Below, piece by piece: positions 28,250 to 36,708 of a DNA stretch of 64,000 nucleotides. The notes under the pieces were generated by a model. It was given only the letters and a program-made list of their open reading frames with translations, made no database searches and was not told where the DNA came from. Source of the stretch: Candidatus Falkowbacteria bacterium RIFOXYA2_FULL_38_12. Its GTDB lineage: Bacteria > Patescibacteriota > Patescibacteriia > XYB2-FULL-38-15. A program made the translations under genes and the position numbers. The stretch covers positions 6,169-70,168 of the forward strand of contig MFGA01000006.1 in assembly GCA_001778095.1 (NCBI GenBank), given 5' to 3'. How positions within the stretch are numbered: the stretch's first letter is position 1; each line of letters opens with the position of its first letter.

Positions 28250-28668
28250 ATATCAGCCCTCTTCGTATATCTTTGGTTCATCCGGTCTTCCACGATATAG
28301 ATTTTATCTTTGTCGTAATCGGGAAAACGGACTTTTGTTCCAAAGCGGAGGAAGTTCGCGGCAAGAGTGCCGGGGTGCACCGTTGACCCGGAAGCGGTGA
28401 TAAAAGGAGTATCGTCAGTTTGGTCCGGTGTGCTGGAATAGGCTGTCACGACAACAGTAATTGTCCTTCGGCCGGTAATATTTTCAGCTTTGGGTAAAGT
28501 GCCGGCAACAAAGGGTTTTTCAATAGCTAAGGGATTAACTTGTAAAAGATCATTTGGCGGGATAAAAGAAGTCTCCGCGGAAGTTGTCTTGGGTAGAACT
28601 AGGTCAGCCATTATCGCGAAAATTACGGCAAAATGGGCTACCGAAGAAAGCTTGTTTTTAAAGTTCAT
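28183..28668 (-). CDS. Secreted 3D-domain protein (lytic transglycosylase-like / stationary-phase survival family)
   Basis: 161 aa. Signal peptide. TAY...TASG...VHPGTLAANFLRFGTKVRF...YIVEDRM...RADIW matches the 3D domain. Confidence 0.7.
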   Translation of the reverse strand: MNFKNKLSSVAHFAVIFAIMADLVLPKTTSAETSFIPPNDLLQVNPLAIEKPFVAGTLPKAENITGRRTITVVVTAYSSTPDQTDDTPFITASGSTVHPGTLAANFLRFGTKVRFPDYDKDKIYIVEDRMNQRYTKRADIWMETRGEAKQFGVRTLKMEIF

Positions 28669-28776
28669 ATTGTTTTTTCTTTGTTCTCCTCCTTTGTTTT
28701 TACTTTAATTTAAAACAAAATCCCTTATATTCGGGATTATTCAATATACCATATTTTGGGGTTTTTGTCAACCCTA

Positions 28777-28899
28777 CCCAAAGTTTAGGTTGATCAACTT
28801 TTTCGGCTCGCCTCGCTAAAGCTATGGCGAAGCGGGCGGAGCAATAACCTAAAAAGATGATTTGTTTACCGAGTAATTGACGAACCTGTACTTTGGGCG
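28777..28899. repeat. Family D copy 3, carrying an inserted CGCTAAAGCTAT mini-hairpin
   Basis: Same backbone as 20302-20400 and 56187-56290, with an extra tcgcctcgctaaagctatggcgaagcggg inserted. No tRNA adjacent. Confidence 0.65.
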
Positions 28900-29040
28900 G
28901 GGTCAATGGGCTGTATTTGGGGCGAGTGGTGCATACTTAACTTCAATCTTGCAAATGTCAAACTCCATTGACAAAGATATATATATGCCTTAATGGACTT
29001 ATCTCCGACTTTTGGATGTCGGAGGAAAGGAGGGCAGAAA

Positions 29041-29369
29041 TGCCCATTGTTGTTATATTACTAAAAGAAAGTAACGATGAAAGTAACGGGAGTGTCCGCG
29101 TAGTGAGAGACTTGGGGGAGGAAAAAGATGGGGAAATTGAGGTGTTCTATTCCAGCGCGGGGGATCTGGAAAGAATTGCGTTGGAGGCATTTTTTGCCGG
29201 GGTGAGATATGGGGAGGGGGAGGTACCTCCACCCATTATCCGCTCGAGGGGCACTCCTCGCCCCGACCCCGATATTGAGCTTGAAGAAGACGACAGATGT
29301 CTCATTCTCGAGGGGGCGGCGGCTGATCAATGGAGACTGAAACAGGCGGAGAGGGTGGAGAAGGAATAA
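29041..29369 (+). CDS. Small acidic hypothetical protein, GC-rich relative to the window
   Basis: Start at MPIVV, preceded by the SD-like motif AAAGGAGGG. Terminator at 29498-29528. GC content visibly higher than flanking genes. Confidence 0.4.
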
Positions 29370-29497
29370 CAACAAAAACCTTCCGTACAGGGAAGGTAAA
29401 ATATTCTGCCCCAAAAAGAGGGGGGCGGAGGAAGGTTTGGCTGTACACAAACCACCTTCTAATGTATATCAGTCTTGATTGGTGTTTATTAGAAGAG

Positions 29498-29528
29498 AAA
29501 TAACCCTTGCTAGGGTTATTTTTTGTTA
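29498..29528 (+). terminator. Intrinsic terminator
   Basis: aataacccttgctagggttatttttt. Confidence 0.6.
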
Positions 29529-29692
29529 GAGACGATTTAGTAGAGGCAAAACCTCTATCGCCATAGAGGTTTCGCCTCTATTGGTGCTCTACCCGCGCTC
29601 TTGCCATATTTTTCCCCTTATGTTAGAGTAAAAAAAGGTTCAAAGGGCAATTTTAACTTTTGAAATTTTAATTTTGTTGTAAAAATTTAATT

Positions 29693-30202
29693 ATGAAACA
29701 TTACGAGCTGTTATGTATTATTCCAGCGCGATATACTGAAGGGGAGCTCGCCGGAGTAGAGGGAAAAATAACCGACTTAGTCAAAAAATACGAAGGAGAA
29801 GTAACTTTAACTAAAAATTTAGGCAATATTAAATTGGCCTATCCTATAAAAGGCACCCAGAACGCCGTTAGTCTTGTTTTAGAATTTAATGCCGACCCGT
29901 TGAAAATAAAAGACTTGGATAGTATTTTAAAATTGACTCCGGAAGTATTGCGCCATCAATTGGCCAACAAAAAAGTAAAAACACAAGCGGAAATAGATAA
30001 AGAAAAATTACGTAAAGAAAAAATGGAACAAAGATTGATTGAAAAAGAGAAACAAGAAGCGGAAGCCTCTAGCACTCCTCTCGTTGAAGAGATAAGGGTT
30101 GAAGCGGAAGAAAAGAAGGAAGCTCCGACCAAACAGCCAAAAGTCAGCTTGGAAGAATTGGATAAAAAATTGGGAGAAATTTTATCAGGAGATATTATAT
30201 AA
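29693..30202 (+). CDS. rpsF: 30S ribosomal protein S6 with acidic/Lys-rich C-terminal extension
   Basis: MKHYELLCIIPARYTE... N-terminus. rpsF-ssb-rpsR order. Confidence 0.9.
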   Translation: MKHYELLCIIPARYTEGELAGVEGKITDLVKKYEGEVTLTKNLGNIKLAYPIKGTQNAVSLVLEFNADPLKIKDLDSILKLTPEVLRHQLANKKVKTQAEIDKEKLRKEKMEQRLIEKEKQEAEASSTPLVEEIRVEAEEKKEAPTKQPKVSLEELDKKLGEILSGDII

Positions 30203-30230
30203 AGACAGTTAACTTTTAACATTTGACTTT

Positions 30231-30695
30231 ATGAACTTAAATAAAGCAATGATTATTGGTAATTTGACTCGGGATCCGGAAGTGAGAACAACTCCTTCGG
30301 GGCAAAGCGTGGCATCTTTCAGTATCGCGACCAGCCGTGTTTGGAAAAACGCCGAGGGACAAAAACAAGAAGCGGTTGAATATCACAACATTGTCGCTTG
30401 GGGTAAATTGGCGGAAATTTGCGGGCAATATTTAAACAAAGGAAAGAAAGTTTATGTTGAAGGCAGGTTGCAAACAAGAGATTGGCAAGGGCAAGATGGA
30501 GTAAAAAAGTATAGAACGGAAATTATTACGGAAAATATGATTATGTTGGATAAGGCGGGAGGCGCGACGGGCAATGCTACCGGCGGAACTTCTTACAGCC
30601 AACCTTCACGTCAGAATTCGCCGTCTTCCCAGCCGGTTGAAGAATCATTGCCGGAGGAAGAGGAAGAAATCAAAGTTGAAAATATTCCATTTTAG
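30231..30695 (+). CDS. ssb: Single-stranded DNA-binding protein
   Basis: OB fold with LTRDPEVR...HNIVAWGKLAE. Acidic C-terminal tail ending IPF. Confidence 0.9.
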   Translation: MNLNKAMIIGNLTRDPEVRTTPSGQSVASFSIATSRVWKNAEGQKQEAVEYHNIVAWGKLAEICGQYLNKGKKVYVEGRLQTRDWQGQDGVKKYRTEIITENMIMLDKAGGATGNATGGTSYSQPSRQNSPSSQPVEESLPEEEEEIKVENIPF

Positions 30696-30729
30696 AAATA
30701 ATATCTAAAAACCAAAAGTTAATTTAATT

Positions 30730-30963
30730 ATGCAAAGAACTAACCGAGAAACGACCCAGCAAAAGAAAACATGTTTTTTTTGTTTGAATAATAACGTGGA
30801 GATTGATTATAAAGACGCGGCTCTTTTGGGTAAATTCATTTCTTCTTACGGAAAAATAATGCCGAGGAAAAGAAGTGGCTCTTGCACAAAACATCAAAGA
30901 AAGATGGCCAATGCCATAAAGAGAGCGCGAGCAATGGGGATCATGTCCTTTACTTCCAGATAA
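30730..30963 (+). CDS. rpsR: 30S ribosomal protein S18
   Basis: 77 aa, CFFC...IDYKD...KIMPRKRSG. Confidence 0.9.
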   Translation: MQRTNRETTQQKKTCFFCLNNNVEIDYKDAALLGKFISSYGKIMPRKRSGSCTKHQRKMANAIKRARAMGIMSFTSR

Positions 30964-30967
30964 ATCT

Positions 30968-30995
30968 TGTCATTCCTGCATAGGCGGGAATGACA
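30968..30995. repeat. Minimal hairpin TGTCATTCC-N10-GGAATGACA
   Basis: 9-bp stem. Same termini as the element nested at 33293-33360. Confidence 0.6.
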
Positions 30996-31006
30996 GTGAA
31001 AAAGAT

Positions 31007-32044
31007 ATGCTTGCCAACTGGAAGCGTTTAAAAGAGAACGACAGTTTTAAAAATAATTTTGTCTTGAGGGCAAAAATAATAGCGTTAATTCGCGATTTTT
31101 TTTATAAAGAGGGTTTTTTGGAAGTGGAAACTCCGAGCATGGTCGCTTTTCCCGGCATGGAGCCGTATCTTGACCCAATGAAAGTCAGTCTAAATTTATT
31201 GGAGGAAAAAAATATTCCGGCCAGCCTTATCACTTCGCCGGAATATGCGATGAAAAAAATTCTAGCCGGAGGTTTTTCAAAAATTTTTCAGATTTGTAAA
31301 AGTTTTCGAGCCGGAGAAGCGATTGATTCATTGCATAACCCGGAATTTACCATTTTAGAGTGGTATAGGACGCACGCAGACTACAAAGATATTATGAACG
31401 ATTTTGAGGGGCTTATGGCTCATGTCGCGCGGGGAGTAACAGACCTAAAAATCAAATATCAAGGAAGCGAAATTGATCTAGCTCCTCCGTGGGAAAGATT
31501 GACAATGAGGGAGGCCTTCCAAAAATATGCTAAAATGAATTTGGATGAAGTTCTGGATAGAGAAAGCATAGAGAGGGTTGTCAAAGAGAAAGGATACGAA
31601 GTCTATCCCAATGATAGTTTTGATGATATTTTCTTTAAAATATTTTTAAGCGAGATTGAACCGCATTTGGGAAAAAATAAGCCAACAATTTTAATGGATT
31701 GGCCTCGCCAGATGGCCGCGCTTTCCAAGGTGAAGGCAGACGATCCGCGTTACGCCGAAAGATTTGAAGTTTACGCCGGCGGGATGGAATTAGGAAACGC
31801 TTTTACCGAATTGATTGATCCGGATGAGCAAAGAGAGAGACTTCAAAAAGACAAAGAATCAAGAAAAAAAATGGGCAAAGATATTTATGAGATTGATGAA
31901 GATTTTATTGATGCCCTAAGAAGCGGATTTCCTCCGGCCGGGGGAATCGCGGTTGGAGTGGATCGGATTGTAATGCTTTTTCTGGATACAAAAAATATAG
32001 AAGATGTTTTGTTTTTTCCGGCGAGACAGATATTCAATCTATAA
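31007..32044 (+). CDS. epmA: Elongation factor P lysyl ligase (EpmA/GenX-like class II aaRS paralog)
   Basis: 345 aa. LysRS-like catalytic core without anticodon-binding domain (FTILEWY, GGMELGNAF, GVDRIVML). Immediately upstream of efp. Confidence 0.75.
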   Translation: MLANWKRLKENDSFKNNFVLRAKIIALIRDFFYKEGFLEVETPSMVAFPGMEPYLDPMKVSLNLLEEKNIPASLITSPEYAMKKILAGGFSKIFQICKSFRAGEAIDSLHNPEFTILEWYRTHADYKDIMNDFEGLMAHVARGVTDLKIKYQGSEIDLAPPWERLTMREAFQKYAKMNLDEVLDRESIERVVKEKGYEVYPNDSFDDIFFKIFLSEIEPHLGKNKPTILMDWPRQMAALSKVKADDPRYAERFEVYAGGMELGNAFTELIDPDEQRERLQKDKESRKKMGKDIYEIDEDFIDALRSGFPPAGGIAVGVDRIVMLFLDTKNIEDVLFFPARQIFNL

Positions 32045-32049
32045 AAATA

Positions 32050-32140
32050 TTATTCCTCCCCCTTGATGGGGGAGGCTAGGAGGGGGTGGTAAATAAAATC
32101 ACCCTCCCCTAACCCCTCCCATCAAGGGAGGGGAAAAACT
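32050..32140. repeat. Repeat family G copy 2 (full palindromic element)
   Basis: Inverted arms cctcccccttgatgggggaggctaggagggggtg / caccctcccctaacccctcccatcaagggagggg. Confidence 0.75.
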
Positions 32141-32164
32141 TAAATCTTTAATCTAAAATCTACT

Positions 32165-32731
32165 ATGTCATCAACACAAGACATAAAAAGAGGAGTGGTT
32201 ATTCTTTATAAGAATGATCCTCACATTGTCACGGAATTTGAGCACATTATGCCCGGAAAGGGATCGGCTTTTGTCCGCACGAAATTGAAAAATATCAAAA
32301 GCGGAAAAGTTTTGGAAAATACTTTCAAAGTCGGAGAAAAAATAGATGTGGTTGACCTTGAAAAAAGAAGAGTGCAATTTTTATATTCAGCAGGAGATGT
32401 TTATTCTTTTATGGACAACGGGACATACGAGCAATTTGAGGTAGGGAAAGAGATTCTCTCCGGGTTTGAAAGATTTTTGAAAGAAGGCTCCGACATAATT
32501 TTATTATTTTCTGACGGAGTGCCGATTAACAGCGAATTTCCCAAAAAAGTTACTTTCAAGGTTGTTGAAGCGGACCCGGGCGTCCGTGGAGATACTGCCT
32601 CGGGTAGAGTGACCAAAGAAGTAACCTTGGAGGGCGGATTAAAAATTCGCGCGCCACTTTTTATTAAAGAAGGGGAATCAATTGTGATAAATACCGAAAC
32701 GGGCGAGTACGTGGAGAGATCGACGGAGTAA
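32165..32731 (+). CDS. efp: Elongation factor P
   Basis: 188 aa. KPGKGSAFVRTKLKN with the conserved Lys region. Confidence 0.9.
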   Translation: MSSTQDIKRGVVILYKNDPHIVTEFEHIMPGKGSAFVRTKLKNIKSGKVLENTFKVGEKIDVVDLEKRRVQFLYSAGDVYSFMDNGTYEQFEVGKEILSGFERFLKEGSDIILLFSDGVPINSEFPKKVTFKVVEADPGVRGDTASGRVTKEVTLEGGLKIRAPLFIKEGESIVINTETGEYVERSTE

Positions 32732-32751
32732 AGAAATATTAAAAATAAAAA

Positions 32752-32792
32752 ATTGACCCGCCCAGTACGTTTGCTGGGCGGGGTTTGTTTTG
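32752..32792 (+). terminator. Intrinsic terminator of efp
   Basis: cccgcccagtacgtttgctgggcggggtttgtttt. Confidence 0.6.
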
Positions 32793-33240
32793 AGGAGGTT
32801 CTTTAGGAGGGTTTTTTTGCTCCCCAATAGCCCTCCTTCATCTCTCCTTTTTGCAGGGCACAGTCGAAGTGCCCGTGGACATATTCCCCTCCAGGCATTT
32901 TCCCCCTAAAAAATACAGTGTTCTCATTTTTTAGTCGAGAAATATTAAGGAGGACAAAAGTGCATTGCCCCCCTTCGAGCATTAAAAAAATCAGTCCCCC
33001 GTTACGGGGGATAAAGAACCGATAAATATTTTTCGGCCCCCCAATAATTTTCCTCATCGCGTATCGCCTCCTTTGAGATGAGTGTTTTATTTATACACTA
33101 AATTATGCCATCTAGTCAACGGAATATATTTGACCAACTGTTTAATTTTAGATAATATTGGATTATAAAACTGAATAAGAATATTTTTACTTTACCCCTA
33201 GAAGGATCATCTTTTGGGGATTTTTGGCATTTTTTTTGTT

Positions 33241-33425
33241 TGTCATTGCGAGCCCCGACTTTTTAGTCGGGGCGTGGCAATTCTCCCCCAGCTGTCATCC
33301 CCGCGCAGGCGGGGATCCACTCTTTGTAAAAAGTAGATTCCCGCCTGCGCGGGAATGACAATAAAGATAAGGGTAACGAAAAGCAGGGGATTGCTTCGCT
33401 ACACTTCGTTTCGCTCGCAATGACA
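33241..33425. repeat. Repeat family B copy 2 with a nested hairpin element (33293-33360)
   Basis: Same perfect 12-bp TIRs as 14211-14352. Interior carries TGTCATCCCCGCGCAGGCGGGGA...TCCCGCCTGCGCGGGAATGACA. The right TIR overlaps the first ATG of the uvrB ORF. Confidence 0.8.
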
Positions 33426-35527
33426 TGTTATTATATATGAAAAATAAATTCAAAATAAAATCAAAATTTAAACCCGCCGGAGACCAACCAAAGGCAATTG
33501 AGCAATTATTGGATGGTCTTAATAAAGGATATGATCATCAAACTCTTTTGGGCGTGACCGGGTCTGGTAAAACTTTTACCATGGCTAATGTTATTGCCAA
33601 ATACGCAAAGCCGGCTTTGGTTATTGCTCACAATAAAACCTTGGCGGCCCAACTTTGTAACGAGTTTCGCGAATTTTTTCCCGAGAACGCGGTTCATTAT
33701 TTTGTTTCTTATTACGATTATTATCAACCGGAAGCGTATTTGCCGAGGACGGATACTTATATTGAAAAAGAGGCGATGATAAATGATGAGATTGATCGTT
33801 TGCGCCACGCGGCAACGCAGTCGCTCCTTACTCGGCGCGATGTGATTATTGTCGCGTCGGTTTCTTGCATCTATGGTTTGGGCGCGCCGGAAACTTATGA
33901 AAAAATAGTTTTGCATCTTAAAGAAGGGGAGGCGATTAGGAGAGATATTTTTTTGAATCAACTGATAACAATGCAATTTAATCGGACGAATGTTAATCCC
34001 AAACGTGGGGAATTTCGTTTGCGGGGAGAGATTTTGGAAATAATGCCGGTTAACGAAGAAACTATTTACAGAATAGTTTTTGATAACGAAAAAATTAAAA
34101 ATATTATAGAGCTTGATCCGGTGACGAGAAAAATAAAAAAGGAAGAAAGAGAAATTTGGATTTATCCGGCAAAACATTTTGTTATTTTGGGACCGGATAG
34201 AATCAGGGCATTTCAAAATATAGAAAAAGAATTAAAAGAGAGGTTGGAATATTTTAATAAAACGGGAAAGTTGCTTGAGGCGGAAAGGTTGGAGCGTCGG
34301 ACAAACTATGATTTGGAAATGATGCGCGAGGTTGGGTATTGCCACAGCATTGAAAATTATTCCAGGCATTTGTCGGGGCGCCAGGCAGGAGATCCGCCGG
34401 ATACATTGTTGGATTATTTTTCACCCTCCCCTAACTCCTCCCGTCAAGGGAGGGGAAATAACAAAAAGGATTGGTTGATGTTTATAGATGAATCGCACGT
34501 TACTGTCCCGCAGATTTCCGGAATGTACGGAGGAGACGCTTCCCGAAAAAAATCTTTGATTGATTTTGGATTTCGTTTGCCCTCGGCGGCTGATAATCGC
34601 CCGTTGAAATTCAATGAATTTGAAGCGCGGACGCCCCAGACAATTTACACTTCGGCGACTCCCAGCGAGTATGAATTGGGGAAGAGTAAACAAGTTGTTG
34701 AGCAAATAATCAGGCCGACAGGACTGCTTGATCCGGAAATTATCGTTAGACCGATCACAGAGAAGTTAAAAATGAAAAATGAAAAGTTAAAAGTTGGCGG
34801 TGATATGGGGAATAAATCCCAAGTGGAAGATTTGATGGAAAGAATTATTGAGAGAGTAAAAAAGAAAGAAAGAATTTTAGTGACAACTCTTACAAAAAAA
34901 ATGGCCGAGGATTTATCGGATTATTTGGAAGAGAAAAAGTTTAAAGTCCGTTATATTCACAGCGAGGTAAAGACTTTGGACAGAATAAAAATTTTAACAG
35001 AATTCAGGCGGGGAGTTTTTGATATTTTGATTGGGGTTAATTTGCTCCGCGAAGGTTTGGATTTGCCGGAAGTGACGCTCGTTGCGATTTTGGATGCCGA
35101 CAAGGAAGGATTTTTACGCAGTGAGACATCTTTGATTCAGACAATCGGTCGCGCGGCGAGAAATGTTTTGGGGCAAGTCGTTCTCTATGCCGACAATATG
35201 ACCGGATCAATGGAGCGAGCAATAAAAGAAACAGAGCGAAGAAGAAAAATACAAGCGGAATATAATAAAAAGCACAATATTACGCCGAAGACAATCAAAA
35301 AAGCGATTAAAGATATTATGAAAGTGAAAAGTGTAGAGTTAAAAGTGAAAAGTTTGTTGGAGCTAGACATAGCGGGGGAGAAAGGTAAAAATATTGAGGA
35401 GATTATTAAAGAAAAAGAAAAGGAAATGAAGGAAGCGGCACAAAATTTGCAGTTTGAGTTGGCGGCGTTGTTGAGGGATGAGATTAGGGAGTTGAGACAT
35501 TCTACGAAAGTACAAAAGATCAGATAA
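33425..35527 (+). CDS. uvrB: Excinuclease ABC subunit B
   Basis: 700 aa. Helicase motifs [14 protein letters not shown], beta-hairpin, C-terminal UVR domain. True start may be Met5 (33437). Contains in-frame repeat-derived insertions (see findings). Confidence 0.9.
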   Translation: MLLYMKNKFKIKSKFKPAGDQPKAIEQLLDGLNKGYDHQTLLGVTGSGKTFTMANVIAKYAKPALVIAHNKTLAAQLCNEFREFFPENAVHYFVSYYDYYQPEAYLPRTDTYIEKEAMINDEIDRLRHAATQSLLTRRDVIIVASVSCIYGLGAPETYEKIVLHLKEGEAIRRDIFLNQLITMQFNRTNVNPKRGEFRLRGEILEIMPVNEETIYRIVFDNEKIKNIIELDPVTRKIKKEEREIWIYPAKHFVILGPDRIRAFQNIEKELKERLEYFNKTGKLLEAERLERRTNYDLEMMREVGYCHSIENYSRHLSGRQAGDPPDTLLDYFSPSPNSSRQGRGNNKKDWLMFIDESHVTVPQISGMYGGDASRKKSLIDFGFRLPSAADNRPLKFNEFEARTPQTIYTSATPSEYELGKSKQVVEQIIRPTGLLDPEIIVRPITEKLKMKNEKLKVGGDMGNKSQVEDLMERIIERVKKKERILVTTLTKKMAEDLSDYLEEKKFKVRYIHSEVKTLDRIKILTEFRRGVFDILIGVNLLREGLDLPEVTLVAILDADKEGFLRSETSLIQTIGRAARNVLGQVVLYADNMTGSMERAIKETERRRKIQAEYNKKHNITPKTIKKAIKDIMKVKSVELKVKSLLELDIAGEKGKNIEEIIKEKEKEMKEAAQNLQFELAALLRDEIRELRHSTKVQKIR

Positions 35528-35699
35528 GCCTATTAGCAAGCCCCTCCCCTTAAGATAAGGGGCCGCGTGTCGCTAAAGCTATAGCGGCGGTGCAAGGATA
35601 GGAGGGGTTATGAGCGTTGGTTCATTACTCATAACTCCCCTTAATCCCCTCTTACCTTAAGAGGGGAGAACTCCCGGCAAGTTCTTTAAAATAAAAAAA

Positions 35700-35982
35700 T
35701 CCCACCGAGTATAAGTGTTCGATGCCGGTTTTGCGGACCGTTTTGCGCTGCATCGAGTTATACTCAGTGGGATATCGTGTAGTCACCATTTTGGAGGCAT
35801 TGCCCCGCTGGCCCCTGTGGGTCAGCTTAGTGTGGGGATGCCTTTCCTCCTTTCTTTTCCCGTTAGGGGGTTCGGTTTGCCGTGGTGGGGACGGACCCCT
35901 CTGAACCTAGAGGTTCCCCCTTTCATACCTTTCCGGGTAGACCCCACGGCAGTTTTTTGCCCTTTTTTTAAATAAGGGGGGC
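35700..35982. ncRNA. Candidate structured RNA (GC-rich block 1), identity and strand unresolved
   Basis: About 280 nt, GC-rich. Long-range complementary segments cccaccgagtataa/ttatactcagtggg, ccgtggtgggg/accccacgg and ggaggcattgcccc/ggggatgcc. Plus-strand hairpin plus T-run at 35955-35980. Minus-strand hairpin plus U-run at 35690-35700. Confidence 0.3.
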
Positions 35983-36157
35983 CAGTTCCGGCGTTCCCTC
36001 ATCGGGCGCCTCCATTCCTTTTCCCTCCCGGAGGGAGGGGGTTGATCAGGCGTCAGCCAGCTTGCACCACGTGACCGGGGCGATCTGCTTGGTCATTCGT
36101 GGCCTTCTTCTGATTCAGCCTACCGTTGGGGGTGGCTGAGTACCCCCTTTTCCTACG

Positions 36158-36512
36158 CATATTTTCAGGATATATATATATTAAAAAGTTGTCAAGCTAA
36201 AAAACAAAAAAACGCCTTGTGGCGTTAAAAAGAATAGTTGATGATAAAAATTGCCTCACCGGATACAAGCTGATCGTTTTTTGATGATCTTTCGACGCAA
36301 GCGTGCGTCAGGCTTGTGCCCGGTGAGGCTTCCGTACCCCGAAGGGTGTCTCGCAGAGGTCAGCTTGACCTCTTTCGGTGGGCACGAACGCCCTTCTTTT
36401 CCTGAACCATCATGTCACCTTTTTTCTGCCCGCCGGGGTTTCTACCGCGGTCGGGCTGGTTGAGAGTACAATTTCAGGATATATATATATATTAAAAAGC
36501 TGTCAAGAATTT
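36158..36512. repeat. Two 34-bp direct repeats (TTCAGGATATATATATATTAAAAAGYTGTCAAG) bracketing block 3
   Basis: Copies at about 36163-36196 and 36475-36508. Each carries a perfect TTGACA on the minus strand. Confidence 0.7.
36200..36470 (-). ncRNA. Candidate structured RNA (GC-rich block 3) with sigma70-like promoter and intrinsic terminator on minus strand
   Basis: Minus-strand TTGACA (plus 36501-36506) upstream of an AT-repeat -10. Minus-strand terminator: plus aacgccttgtggcgtt 36211-36226 preceded by A-run 36196-36210. Internal 10-bp long-range pair gcctcaccgg/ccggtgaggc and several GC hairpins including a UUCG loop. Confidence 0.35.
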
Positions 36513-36708
36513 GTATTTGTGGAAAAGGTGGGGATAAGTTCAATTTTTGAATTTTTAAACTTGAATTATCCGGAGTGATAGCCTTTAGGCTGTTATGTTA
36601 TGGGTAATAAGTTTGATAACACACTAAAGCGTGTCAGTCCGTTCAAGTTTAAGACATTAAAACATTAGAAAATTATTTATAAAATTAAAAATTAAAAATT
36701 TCAAAAAT

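Noticed and set aside
32803-33057. 84-aa minus-strand ORF after efp
   Set aside because: Odd composition, no start-site signals, overlaps GC hairpins. Kept only as a low-interest finding.
35700-36470. Attempt to assign the GC-rich RNAs to RNase P RNA, SRP RNA, tmRNA or 6S by eye
   Set aside because: Could not find the P4 strands (GGAAAGUCCGGGC / ACAGAANCCGGCUUA), the SRP domain-IV GGAA-tetraloop/AGCAGCC context, or a tRNA-like CCA end with tag ORF. Left as unidentified; needs covariance-model search.
36158-36512. Possible mini-CRISPR: 34-bp direct repeats spaced about 310 nt apart, and the CCCCGCAATTGCGGGG pair at 61240-61325
   Set aside because: Only two copies each. Spacing and repeat structure are wrong for CRISPR, and no cas genes are in the window.
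35715-36578. ORFs 35715..35975, 35722..35904, 36251..36463 and 36378..36578 in the uvrB-uvrA spacer
   Set aside because: GC-rich structured sequence with strong hairpin content and no SD or coding periodicity. Interpreted as ncRNA or repeat sequence instead.
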